Below the pieces are notes generated by a model that was not told the origin of the DNA, did no database searches, and saw only the letters and a list, made by a program, of their open reading frames with translations. A program made the translations under genes and the position numbers. From contig JBAYJK010000002.1 of assembly GCA_041665145.1 (NCBI GenBank), forward strand, positions 168,339 to 232,338: DNA of 64,000 nucleotides, given 5' to 3'. Positions 9,490 to 17,204 of the stretch are shown here, in pieces (the stretch's first letter is position 1; each line of letters starts with the position of its first letter). Source of the DNA: Patescibacteria group bacterium. Its GTDB lineage: Bacteria > Patescibacteriota > Microgenomatia > UBA1406.

Positions 9490-9817
9490 ATTGAATATGA
9501 GTCCTTTCCCGAGGGCTCCACGTGTTCCGATTCGGGTTACCGGCGGATAATTACGTGCTTTTATGGGAAAAAGTTAGGGTGTCTTTAAGAAAACATCCAA
9601 AAACATCGATTCAAGCCTGTTTTTTTAAATCTGTGCTTTAGGTACAGAGGTCGCCTGCTCACCCTTTGAGTAGGAAATCGCCGATTTTGAGGCAGACAGC
9701 AGCGAGAGAGAAATCATTATTCTCATATTTTTAGAACCCAGAAGATTCATTACTCTCGCCTGGGATTTGCCTCGTTTCGCTCGCCGCAACGGCGAGCGTG
9801 ACTTACGGAGGATTACG

Positions 9818-11074
9818 ATGACAAGCCGAATGTTCCAAATCCTGACAGTTTTGGTAGCAATTTGCGTGTTTTTGACCTTCGTGCCGAGTGTTTCGGCACA
9901 GGGAAACGTTTTCACTTGTCCGTACGGCGGGCAAAGCGATGAGAAAGCTGTAGCTGAATACACGAACGTTCATGGAACGTTCGAAGCCGCCCAAACAGCT
10001 TGGCGCCGCGATCACTGCCAAACGCAGACATGGGCGTGTTACACAGCAAACGGCGAACGGAAGATCGAGACTGGGTTTGACACCCAGTTTGGTTTTCAGT
10101 TCAACAAAGCGCTGTGGCTTGAGCAAGCCGCTAAAAGCGGCTGTTTCGACGGTTTCACCTGCCCATATGATGGTCAGGTGAGTGGCATTGCCAAAGTGGA
10201 CGAGTACGTGTCCGTCCATGGTACGTTCCAAGCCGCTCAGCTTGGATGGCGCCGTGATTGGTGCCAAATTCAAACCTGGACCTGCTACCCCCAGGCCGGG
10301 GGGCAGGTCGATGAAACCACTTTTGAAGTGCAAGCCAGCTTTCAGTTTGACAAAAGGAGCTGGCTCGCAGTTGCTGCACAGAATGGCTGCTTTGAGCAGC
10401 CTCCTGCCCAGGCAACTGCCGCAGTTGACGGGGGGCTTCCTGCAGCAGCGGCAACCGCCACCCCGGCAGTAACAGCCACGCCAGCGCCAGCCGCAACCCA
10501 GACCCCTGTTCCCCACCGCCTGACGATCGACGAGGCCCGGAAAATGGATCTGAGGTCCGTCATCTGCTACCAAGATGGCGACCCGGACAAACGGGCGGGG
10601 GCAACCCCCGAGCTAGTCTTCGAAAAAGGGGGAGTTGAAGGCTGGTACCAGTACGTGGAGACCATGGGGTGCAAGAGAACGCCCCGGTCACAAACTACCG
10701 GCACAACAACTACTTCTTCGACCACAGTGGTTCTGGGGATCGCTGGGGGCGGAATCGGTTTAATCGTACTCGTGGTCATTGTCCTAGTAGTCTGGTGGAC
10801 ATGGCCACGGCGATACGAGCAGAAACAGCCGATCTCGATCCCAATCGCCGGGAAGTTAGTCAGTGGCACCGTAAAGGTGACCATTGACGCTACTCGTGGG
10901 ATTCTCGGAAGCGCCGGGAAAGCGTTCCTACCCTTCTTTGACGGGAAAGGGATCTCCCGCATGCCGGCAGGAGACGCCAAAGCTGGCGCGAGCGTCGTCG
11001 GTCAACTTTTGAAGCTCGTGATAATAGTACTACTCTTCCTGGCAGCACTCGCTGCCTTCGGAAGAATCGGATAG
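9818..11074 (+). CDS. secreted, membrane-anchored protein with two tandem 4-Cys repeats of about 85 aa
   Basis: ATG at 9818 is preceded by GGAGG (9807..9811) at 6-nt spacing. The signal peptide is MTSRMFQILTVLVAICVFLTFVPSVSAQG. The repeats FTCPYGGQ...WRRDHCQTQTWACY...SGCF and FTCPYDGQ...WRRDWCQIQTWTCY...NGCF are followed by an Ala/Thr/Pro linker. A TM segment VVLGIAGGGIGLIVLVVIVLVVWW and a second C-terminal hydrophobic helix complete the protein. Confidence 0.7.
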   Translation: MTSRMFQILTVLVAICVFLTFVPSVSAQGNVFTCPYGGQSDEKAVAEYTNVHGTFEAAQTAWRRDHCQTQTWACYTANGERKIETGFDTQFGFQFNKALWLEQAAKSGCFDGFTCPYDGQVSGIAKVDEYVSVHGTFQAAQLGWRRDWCQIQTWTCYPQAGGQVDETTFEVQASFQFDKRSWLAVAAQNGCFEQPPAQATAAVDGGLPAAAATATPAVTATPAPAATQTPVPHRLTIDEARKMDLRSVICYQDGDPDKRAGATPELVFEKGGVEGWYQYVETMGCKRTPRSQTTGTTTTSSTTVVLGIAGGGIGLIVLVVIVLVVWWTWPRRYEQKQPISIPIAGKLVSGTVKVTIDATRGILGSAGKAFLPFFDGKGISRMPAGDAKAGASVVGQLLKLVIIVLLFLAALAAFGRIG

Positions 11075-11203
11075 TTTTACCTGAGCGGCCAGATTGCATC
11101 GGCCGTTCACTCCTGGAGATTAAATTCACCGTACGAAATTGCTCGTACGAATTGTGTTTATCTTCAGAAGAAATAATGGCCGATGCATTTTGGAATAATA
11201 ATC

Positions 11204-11234
11204 ACCCACTGTGTCGAGACAGTTTCACTAACCT
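11204..11234. repeat. right inverted repeat of the GC-rich cassette
   Basis: See 9426..9454. Confidence 0.7.
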
Positions 11235-11240
11235 CGTTCG

Positions 11241-11281
11241 CCCCGCTACGTTCAAGAGCCAGAAGGCTGAACGTAGCGGGG
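11241..11281. other. strong hairpin with a 14-bp stem and no U-tract
   Basis: CCCCGCTACGTTCA (11241..11254) pairs with TGAACGTAGCGGGG (11268..11281). One arm resembles CTGAGCGTAGCCGAAGG at about 9400..9417, outside the left inverted repeat. Confidence 0.6.
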
Positions 11282-11350
11282 AGTTCAAACTAAGTTTTTA
11301 ATTACTGGTTTCTAGTTTCTATTGAAGGACTAGTTGCCAACTAGTAGTTT

Positions 11351-11740
11351 CTAAACAGAATTTCTGAGGGTTTGAAGAATTTTCGTGAAGATTTTTACAT
11401 ACTCAAAAAACTCATTACTTAGAGCCTCAATAGTAACTTTATGTCCGAGTTCAGAGTTTCCTAACAGACTTAACCAGTACTTTGCCTCTAAAGCCTCTTT
11501 CTTACAAATCCCGATTTTATTACGAAAATCGTTTCTTGAAACTGCCCCGTTTGCCTCATGATAATTGGCTCCTATACTTGTCCCCGAACGAAGAAGTTGG
11601 TCAATAATGTTTTGATTGTATCGCGTGATAGGAATTGCCTTTAAACTTCTTATGAGCGATGCCGAAAATACTGTTAATCTCTTCTCAAGTTCATATTGCT
11701 GCATCGAATTACTATACTTGAAGAGAGAATTCATTAACAA
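11351..11740 (-). CDS. four-helix-bundle protein (23S rRNA intervening-sequence protein family)
   Basis: IIDQLLRSGTSIGANYHEANGAVSRNDFRNKIGICKKEALEAKYWLSLL is the characteristic core of this family. The true start may be the internal Met at 11704. Confidence 0.75.
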   Translation of the reverse strand: MLMNSLFKYSNSMQQYELEKRLTVFSASLIRSLKAIPITRYNQNIIDQLLRSGTSIGANYHEANGAVSRNDFRNKIGICKKEALEAKYWLSLLGNSELGHKVTIEALSNEFFEYVKIFTKILQTLRNSV

Positions 11741-11855
11741 GTGCTTATAAGCAGCAAGTGGACTCTTTTATGGTCTCCCGTTTTGAAAATAGAAACTAAT
11801 CCCCAGAAACTCAATAGAAACTAAAAACTAGCAATTAGAGATTGTGGACGAATAT

Positions 11856-12164
11856 TCATGCGAGCGCTGCTTCGAGTGTCTTTTGATCCTGGGCCCCGAT
11901 GAATTGTTGGGTCATCTTCCCCTTTTTGAATACATATATGGTCGGAATGCTCATAACACCGTACTTCATAGATAAATCCTGAGCCAAATCCACATCTACT
12001 TCAACGACTTTCACATTTGGATTATCCGCCTCAAGTTTTTCTACAACCGGTCCGAGAACCTTACAAGGGACACACCATTTTGCGAAAAAATCAACCAAAA
12101 CCGGCTTTGTTTGCTCATCAAGCACTTCTTTCTTAAACTCGGCGTCGGTAGTTATATGCAACAT
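11856..12164 (-). CDS. trxA: thioredoxin
   Basis: 102 aa with active site WCVPC (a variant of WCGPC) and a thioredoxin-fold sequence pattern throughout. Confidence 0.9.
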   Translation of the reverse strand: MLHITTDAEFKKEVLDEQTKPVLVDFFAKWCVPCKVLGPVVEKLEADNPNVKVVEVDVDLAQDLSMKYGVMSIPTIYVFKKGKMTQQFIGAQDQKTLEAALA

Positions 12165-12173
12165 GGTCTGACT

Positions 12174-12202
12174 ACTTTATACGAAACCGAAATCCCTGTC
12201 AA
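12174..12202 (-). promoter_or_regulatory. sigma70-like promoter of trxA
   Basis: Minus strand: TTGACA (12197..12202), 17-nt spacer, TAAAGT (12174..12179), then 9 nt to the ATG. Confidence 0.55.
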
Positions 12203-12246
12203 CATTAAATATTTAAAAAAAGAGTCTGTCGTGATATAGTAAGCTT

Positions 12247-12855
12247 GTGAAACTAAATGCACTTCTTATTTTTGTCATCGTAACCGTTACGTTTGTCATA
12301 CTTTTTAATTCCTTGTTTAAAGAGCGTGTGGGTTTCCAACCGAAAGCAGCTCCCTCTACCTCTACAATCATGAGAGAGCGCGTGTTTCTTGACCCACAAC
12401 GTCCATCGGTTCTACTTACTCCCCCGGCTCCTGTTGTAGCAGAGCTTATTTCTTCGTACCCCGGAAAAGAGATCGGGTTTCTCACAGAAAAAGGAGACGT
12501 TTATATTTATAGCAGCGATTTTGTTTTTATTACCAGTTTGCCCCGTGTGGTGAACGCAACAGTCAGCGCATCGCTACAGACTGAAATCACCGCAAGCCCT
12601 TCTGCAACATACAAGTTGCTTGAGAATCCGGTAACATTTGTCGTCGCCGATACACCTGGGAACAATAGGCCGTCTGTTGTATACGCAAAGCTGCATGACA
12701 CAGATGTTCTGCACACAGCTCTTTTCGTACGGCAGGTACAGCAAGCTGTCTCGGGCACTCCCGCAGAATTTAATGAACTCGTCGGTATAACCGACATAGA
12801 TCCCCAAAACTCACAAGATCAAATTCGAATTAGTACGGAGCTTCTCGAAGAATGA
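12247..12855 (+). CDS. membrane-anchored hypothetical protein
   Basis: GTG start. The N-terminal TM is LLIFVIVTVTFVILFNSLF. The stop overlaps the next start (ATGA at 12852). Confidence 0.55.
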   Translation: MKLNALLIFVIVTVTFVILFNSLFKERVGFQPKAAPSTSTIMRERVFLDPQRPSVLLTPPAPVVAELISSYPGKEIGFLTEKGDVYIYSSDFVFITSLPRVVNATVSASLQTEITASPSATYKLLENPVTFVVADTPGNNRPSVVYAKLHDTDVLHTALFVRQVQQAVSGTPAEFNELVGITDIDPQNSQDQIRISTELLEE

Positions 12856-13502
12856 ATAACATCTTGCTCGTCAGTTCTACTAAAGATGCGGCAGACAAGT
12901 ACCTGACGGAATATAGGCGGCTTGAAAAAATTCCAGAATCATCTTTCACACATATTGAGCCTGAGAAAAATGGGTACACCGTGGAACAGATAGGACAGCT
13001 TATCGAGCTTGTTTCGCATCGGTTTAATCACGATGCTGTTTTTGTTTTATGGGAATTTGCTACTGCGAAAGAGGTTGTGCAGAACGCGTTTTTGAAAACA
13101 CTCGAAGAGCACGCTGAGCATATTGTTTTCATATTGGTCGTGCCGAGCATAACATCGGTCATGCCGACCATTTTATCACGTTCGCTTGTTGCCTATGCAC
13201 GCGGTGAACAACTTCTTCTTTCCCCTGAGGATACCGTAATTATCGAAAGTTTTATTGAAAAAGTACGGAAGAAAGGGACACTTGCGAGTACGCTTGTCAA
13301 CTATTCCCCGACAAAGAAACGGGAAGAAATACCTTCGTTTCTGAATAAGTTTATCACCTATGGATACGGCGCGCTTGGCAGAAAAGATTCCTCAACACCG
13401 TGGCTTGCTGATAAGCTGAAAAAAACCATGGAAGCTTTGCCGCTTATCACCAGAAACTTTATCGACAGTGAAGCGGTACTTGATAACATTTTTCTATCAT
13501 AG
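12852..13502 (+). CDS. holB: DNA polymerase III delta-prime-like subunit, reduced form
   Basis: NAFLKTLEEH...FILVVPS...MPTILSRS matches the LKTLEEP / ILSRC clamp-loader motifs. The protein is only 216 aa and has no Walker A. Confidence 0.6.
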   Translation: MNNILLVSSTKDAADKYLTEYRRLEKIPESSFTHIEPEKNGYTVEQIGQLIELVSHRFNHDAVFVLWEFATAKEVVQNAFLKTLEEHAEHIVFILVVPSITSVMPTILSRSLVAYARGEQLLLSPEDTVIIESFIEKVRKKGTLASTLVNYSPTKKREEIPSFLNKFITYGYGALGRKDSSTPWLADKLKKTMEALPLITRNFIDSEAVLDNIFLS

Positions 13503-13514
13503 TACACTGACACT

Positions 13515-14306
13515 ATGGCTGCCCTGCCCGCATTGAAAGAAAAACAAGTACGGATAATTACCATTGTCCTCGGATCCATTACTGCCTTGCTTGTCGGAGT
13601 TATTGGGTTCCAGCTTGTTGCCGGCGCCCTGGTACGAGCCGAAGACCTCTCACCAAAGAATCTGGCTATCACCGAAATTACGACAAGCAGTTCACGGGTT
13701 AAATGGGCGACAGACCGGGAAACGCAAAGTGTTATTGAATACGGCACGACTCCCACCCAATTAACGTTTTTCGCCCCTGAAGCAACCAGCTCAAAAGAAC
13801 ATAGTATTGAACTCAATCTGTTGAATGCCGGATCAACGTATTATTTTCAGCTTCGCACTGGAGACAAGAAATTCGATAACGGAGGTGTCCCCTGGACATT
13901 TACGACCGCTTCCCAAAATTCTGCACAGGGAGCAAACCCGGACACCAGTCCTGCTGAAAGCTCAAGTTCGGGTGCCATTCTGTCCCCGATGCCGACTAAC
14001 ACACCCAAACCTGCTGCCCTCCTCTCTCCCCTTCCAACACTTGCTACTACACCAACAAGTTCGCCGATTGCTGCCAAAGACACCAGCTGCACGCAAGCAA
14101 GTTATTTGAGTAATCTCGGCACAAAGAACGCCCAATATGACCAAGATAATAACGGAATTGTAAATTTACTTGACTGGTCTCTCTGTAACGTGAAGAAAAA
14201 CGGGCTTGCCCCGTCTTCCGCCCCAACATCAACACCAGCACCGAGTTTGACACCGACTCCTACGCCAACAATCACACCAGGTCCTTCACCAACTGGAACG
14301 ACATAG
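13515..14306 (+). CDS. membrane-anchored FN3-domain protein with a dockerin/EF-hand-like loop and a Pro/Thr-rich tail
   Basis: A TM helix is followed by an FN3-like SRVKWATDRETQSVIEYGTTP...STYYFQLRTGD segment. Further on are DQDNNGIVNLLDW and a PTPTPT tail. Confidence 0.6.
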   Translation: MAALPALKEKQVRIITIVLGSITALLVGVIGFQLVAGALVRAEDLSPKNLAITEITTSSSRVKWATDRETQSVIEYGTTPTQLTFFAPEATSSKEHSIELNLLNAGSTYYFQLRTGDKKFDNGGVPWTFTTASQNSAQGANPDTSPAESSSSGAILSPMPTNTPKPAALLSPLPTLATTPTSSPIAAKDTSCTQASYLSNLGTKNAQYDQDNNGIVNLLDWSLCNVKKNGLAPSSAPTSTPAPSLTPTPTPTITPGPSPTGTT

Positions 14307-14363
14307 ATTAAATTCGAAACTCGAATCTCGAAATTCGAAACAAATTCTAAACAAGAAAATATA

Positions 14364-14467
14364 AAATCTGCGAGTTACTTGTTTCTGCCGACTTGAAGAT
14401 TCTGCTAAAACACAATTAATCGTGAATCTTCACGGAGGGCCAAAGAAACAATGTAACGAGCAGATTT
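14364..14467. other. 104-nt nested imperfect hairpin between convergent genes
   Basis: AAATCTGC pairs with GCAGATTT, GTTAC with GTAAC, TTGTTTCT with AGAAACAA, and GAAGATTC with GAATCTTC. The four helices are nested. Confidence 0.5.
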
Positions 14468-14477
14468 AGGAAGTTAT

Positions 14478-14651
14478 TTAGTCAAGTTTTTTCTTTTCCT
14501 TGTGTGGAGTTACCTTGCGGCATTTCAAACAGTATTTTTGCATTTTGAATGCTTCCGTCGTGTTGGTCTTATTTTTTTCGGTCGTGTAATTTTGCCTGCT
14601 ACAGATAGTGCATTGCAAACCCACTTTTATTCTTTGTCCTTTTTTTGCCAT
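14478..14651 (-). CDS. rpmG: 50S ribosomal protein L33
   Basis: Hand translation gives [57 protein letters not shown] (57 aa). It has the CxxC...CxxC zinc ribbon typical of L33. It is too short for the ORF track. Confidence 0.85.
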   Translation of the reverse strand: MAKKGQRIKVGLQCTICSRQNYTTEKNKTNTTEAFKMQKYCLKCRKVTPHKEKKKLD

Positions 14652-14654
14652 GGT

Positions 14655-14921
14655 TTATGCGGTTTTAACCGGAGCTTTCTTAAATTTTTCCTGATTTAAT
14701 AGTGAAACGGGAACGGCACTGACTGCCCTACCCGCCCAAAAGTCACCTTTGATTTTCTTGTAGCACCTTGAACACATTGCTACCCGTTCAAGTGTGTTGG
14801 TATCAATCCTCACTGACAGGTTGTGCAAATTAGCCTTAAATAATCGTTTCGTTTTGATGTTCGAATGCGATATTTGATAGCCACGGGTATTCCCTTTTTT
14901 GCAGATAAAACATTGTGCCAT
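14655..14921 (-). CDS. rpmB: 50S ribosomal protein L28
   Basis: MAQCFICKKGNTRGYQISHSNIKTKRLFKANLH matches the L28 N-terminal signature. It lies immediately upstream of rpmG. Confidence 0.85.
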   Translation of the reverse strand: MAQCFICKKGNTRGYQISHSNIKTKRLFKANLHNLSVRIDTNTLERVAMCSRCYKKIKGDFWAGRAVSAVPVSLLNQEKFKKAPVKTA

Positions 14922-14927
14922 GGAGGT

Positions 14928-14956
14928 ATGATATCAAAAAAAACAAGTGAACGCAA
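14928..14956 (-). promoter_or_regulatory. promoter of rpmB-rpmG; leaderless geometry
   Basis: Minus strand: TTGCGT (14951..14956), 17-nt spacer, TATCAT (14928..14933), then 6 nt to the ATG at 14921. Confidence 0.5.
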
Positions 14957-15008
14957 CGCAAATCTCTACCAAATTTAAGATCCCACAGGTGCGATGGTAT
15001 AATACAAC

Positions 15009-16013
15009 ATGGTAAGCATACGTGAAGTCATGAAGCCTTCGGAGCTCTGCATGCATGAATATCAGCTCGAACTATTCCGCATACTGCAAAACGCCGAGTT
15101 GCCGACCCTTGAGCGAAACACCCGCCTAAATCTACTTGCAGCTAAAATAGGTACCGAGATTACTGGAAAAGATTTTAATACAGTCAGCAGAGTTATCGGA
15201 ACACGTGCACTTGCATATAGATTTCTACGCGACACGCTCCGGAAATGGGGTAATTGGAGTACAGATAATCCACTCTATGACTTTCTCAGAAAACAAGAGG
15301 CAGAACATTGCGTCGACCCCATTGCCCTATTTGCTATTGCCTGCATTGGCGCTGCTCCCTTACGGGTTCTTATTCCTGAACGTAGCCGGCAGGCATCCAG
15401 TTACACGCTTATGCGCATCGGTTCGGACTTAGCAAAAAGAATGCAGTTACTTGACCCTCCGAGTCTCACTGACAGGAACAACATTATTCATCACGCGCTG
15501 TATGACCCTTCCGGAAGTACCGTTGTCAAATTAAAGCAACAAATCGTCAGGGGCGAACAGAGTGAGATCTCATCACCGCACACGCGCGTACATGTCCGCC
15601 AATGGTTGCAAGAGAACGGATTTCCGGGAAGAACTATACTTCCCGCACGGGAGTTTGAAGATCACGACACAATATCTGATGCGCTTTGTAATGCTATAGA
15701 CTACGAACATGCACTCGCGGCACTTGACCGTGTAACTATTGGTAATCTGCAATACATTCGTCAACTTGATGGCACGGTATCCTTGTCTGACGTATTGCTG
15801 GCATGCGGAATGGATATACGCGGCCATTGGGATACTAAAGACATTGCCGAAAAAGTGCTGGCGGCATTTACATCGTTTTCAAGATCACTCCCGATGGTTG
15901 CATTGAGAAAACTTGAATCCCCGCTCCGGAACGGGAGAACTCTGACATACTACATCATCGCTGCCGGACAAATGAAAACTGCAGAGGAGCGGATTAAAAC
16001 CTTCATGCAATGA
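15009..16013 (+). CDS. orphan protein (334 aa)
   Basis: Long ORF. TGGTATAAT ends 5 nt before the ATG. The stop TGA (16011..16013) overlaps the 3' end of tRNA-Thr on the opposite strand. Confidence 0.6.
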   Translation: MVSIREVMKPSELCMHEYQLELFRILQNAELPTLERNTRLNLLAAKIGTEITGKDFNTVSRVIGTRALAYRFLRDTLRKWGNWSTDNPLYDFLRKQEAEHCVDPIALFAIACIGAAPLRVLIPERSRQASSYTLMRIGSDLAKRMQLLDPPSLTDRNNIIHHALYDPSGSTVVKLKQQIVRGEQSEISSPHTRVHVRQWLQENGFPGRTILPAREFEDHDTISDALCNAIDYEHALAALDRVTIGNLQYIRQLDGTVSLSDVLLACGMDIRGHWDTKDIAEKVLAAFTSFSRSLPMVALRKLESPLRNGRTLTYYIIAAGQMKTAEERIKTFMQ

Positions 16014-16084
16014 GCCTGGATTGGGATTTGAACCCAAGACCTTCCCCTTACCAAGGGGATGCTCTACCACTGAGCTATCCAGGC
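16013..16084 (-). tRNA. tRNA-Thr (anticodon GGT)
   Basis: Hand-folded cloverleaf: acceptor GCCTGGA/TCCAGGC, D stem GCTC/GAGC, anticodon stem TCCCC/GGGGA, loop TTGGTAA, T stem TTGGG/CCCAA with TTCAAAT. 72 nt, no encoded CCA. Confidence 0.9.
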
Positions 16085-16167
16085 ATTAATACTTTTACAG
16101 TATATCTTACGTTCAAGCGTGGAGCAAGCCGTTCAACTCTACGTCTGATATTTGTTATACTAGACCT

Positions 16168-16794
16168 ATGTTAAACCTGTTGAGTCAGAATCCTCTAATG
16201 TTTTTTATCGCGCTTATCGTCCTTGTCTGTTCTATCGGCGTTCATGAGTTCGCCCACGCACTTGTCGCTGACAAATTGGGCGACCCTACTCCCCGCGCAA
16301 AAGGACGCTTGACACTCAATCCGCTCGCACATGTGGACATGGTAGGAATGATGTTTATTCTATTCTGGGGCTTTGGATGGGGAAAACCGGTTCCATACGA
16401 CCCGTTTAATTTGAGGAAACCTTCCCGCGATGCAGCGCTCATTGCCCTTGCCGGGCCTGTTGCCAGATTGCTTTTTGCACTGCTCGGCGCGATTTTGCTG
16501 CGCATGATCCCGAACGCTTTTATACAAACAGTCGCTGCATATGTGATACTGTTGAATGTAACGCTCGGGATATTCAATTTAGTTCCCCTTTCTCCGCTCG
16601 ACGGTTTTCAAGTTGTTGCCGGTATTCTCCCTGCCGAAAAAAGAGCCGAATGGCTTTCTTTGTCACGGTATGGAATACTTGTGCTTCTCCTTTTTTTGCT
16701 CCCCATTGTCAACGGACAAAGTCCACTGTTTATTCTGATTCAGCCTGCAATAAACTTTCTTCTTGGCTTCATGATTCCCGGCGGTATCATGTAG
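16168..16794 (+). CDS. site-2 protease family (peptidase M50) membrane metalloprotease
   Basis: HEFAHALVADKLGD supplies the HExxH motif and NLVPLSPLDG the NxxPxxxLDG motif. Multiple TM helices are present. Confidence 0.8.
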   Translation: MLNLLSQNPLMFFIALIVLVCSIGVHEFAHALVADKLGDPTPRAKGRLTLNPLAHVDMVGMMFILFWGFGWGKPVPYDPFNLRKPSRDAALIALAGPVARLLFALLGAILLRMIPNAFIQTVAAYVILLNVTLGIFNLVPLSPLDGFQVVAGILPAEKRAEWLSLSRYGILVLLLFLLPIVNGQSPLFILIQPAINFLLGFMIPGGIM

Positions 16795-16826
16795 ATTCGG
16801 CCCATTAAATCTGTTATGATAAGCTC

Positions 16827-17204
16827 ATGGCTCGTTTATTGAATCTCCTTTTGATGCTGCTTGTCATCGTAGCGTTTTTCTTCGGTTTAAGACTCGGAAA
16901 ATGGGTTCAACTGGTTGATACTCCGGTGAAAGAAAAAGTGAAAGTGCAAAAAGAGGTTGTCATACCAACCGTAAATATAATCCGGTACGTCGTACAACCG
17001 TGTAAGTTCGAGTTTACTGCGCCCGACACAATACATGTTGCCATTTCGTCAACAAGCGCATCATTATCACAAAAAGCAGACGTATTAGACATCACCTGCA
17101 GCAAAACCAAACAGATGATTATTGCCACCGGTTCTTCAACACTTCTTGATCAGGTCAAACAGGGTTTCGATACGACATTCAGTATTCAATCGTCAAAGAA
17201 TTGA
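16827..17204 (+). CDS. membrane-anchored hypothetical protein
   Basis: N-terminal TM LLNLLLMLLVIVAFFFGL. TGTTATGAT ends 6 nt before the ATG. Confidence 0.5.
   Translation: MARLLNLLLMLLVIVAFFFGLRLGKWVQLVDTPVKEKVKVQKEVVIPTVNIIRYVVQPCKFEFTAPDTIHVAISSTSASLSQKADVLDITCSKTKQMIIATGSSTLLDQVKQGFDTTFSIQSSKN

Larger units (their letters stand above)
9426..11234. mobile_element. GC-rich cassette bounded by imperfect roughly 30-bp inverted repeats; no transposase or integrase seen
   Basis: The inverted repeats lie at 9426..9454 and 11204..11234. Interior G+C is far above the flanks: hand counts give 53% for line 10021-10080 and 72% for line 10441-10500, against 33% for line 8341-8400. The single cargo gene uses a GGAGG SD, unlike its neighbours. 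Confidence 0.45.

Noticed and set aside
9625-11129. Many ORF-track entries on both strands inside the GC-rich cassette, for example 9803..10573 (-), 10155..10496 (-), 10567..10980 (-), 9625..9963 (-) and 10182..10472 (+).
   Set aside because: These are shadow ORFs, as expected in high-GC DNA. They overlap the well-supported 9818..11074 gene, which has a signal peptide, internal repeats and an SD. The shadow ORFs have Arg/Gly/Pro-rich nonsense composition.
11241-11281. The 14-bp-stem hairpin considered as an intrinsic terminator.
   Set aside because: There is no U-tract on either strand after the stem. I kept it as a structural or repeat feature associated with the cassette boundary.
12213-12485. 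90-aa minus-strand ORF between trxA and the 12247 gene.
   Set aside because: It overlaps the better-supported plus-strand membrane-protein gene and the trxA promoter. It has no promoter of its own.
15885-16070. 61-aa minus-strand ORF.
   Set aside because: It overlaps tRNA-Thr and is antisense to the end of 15009..16013.
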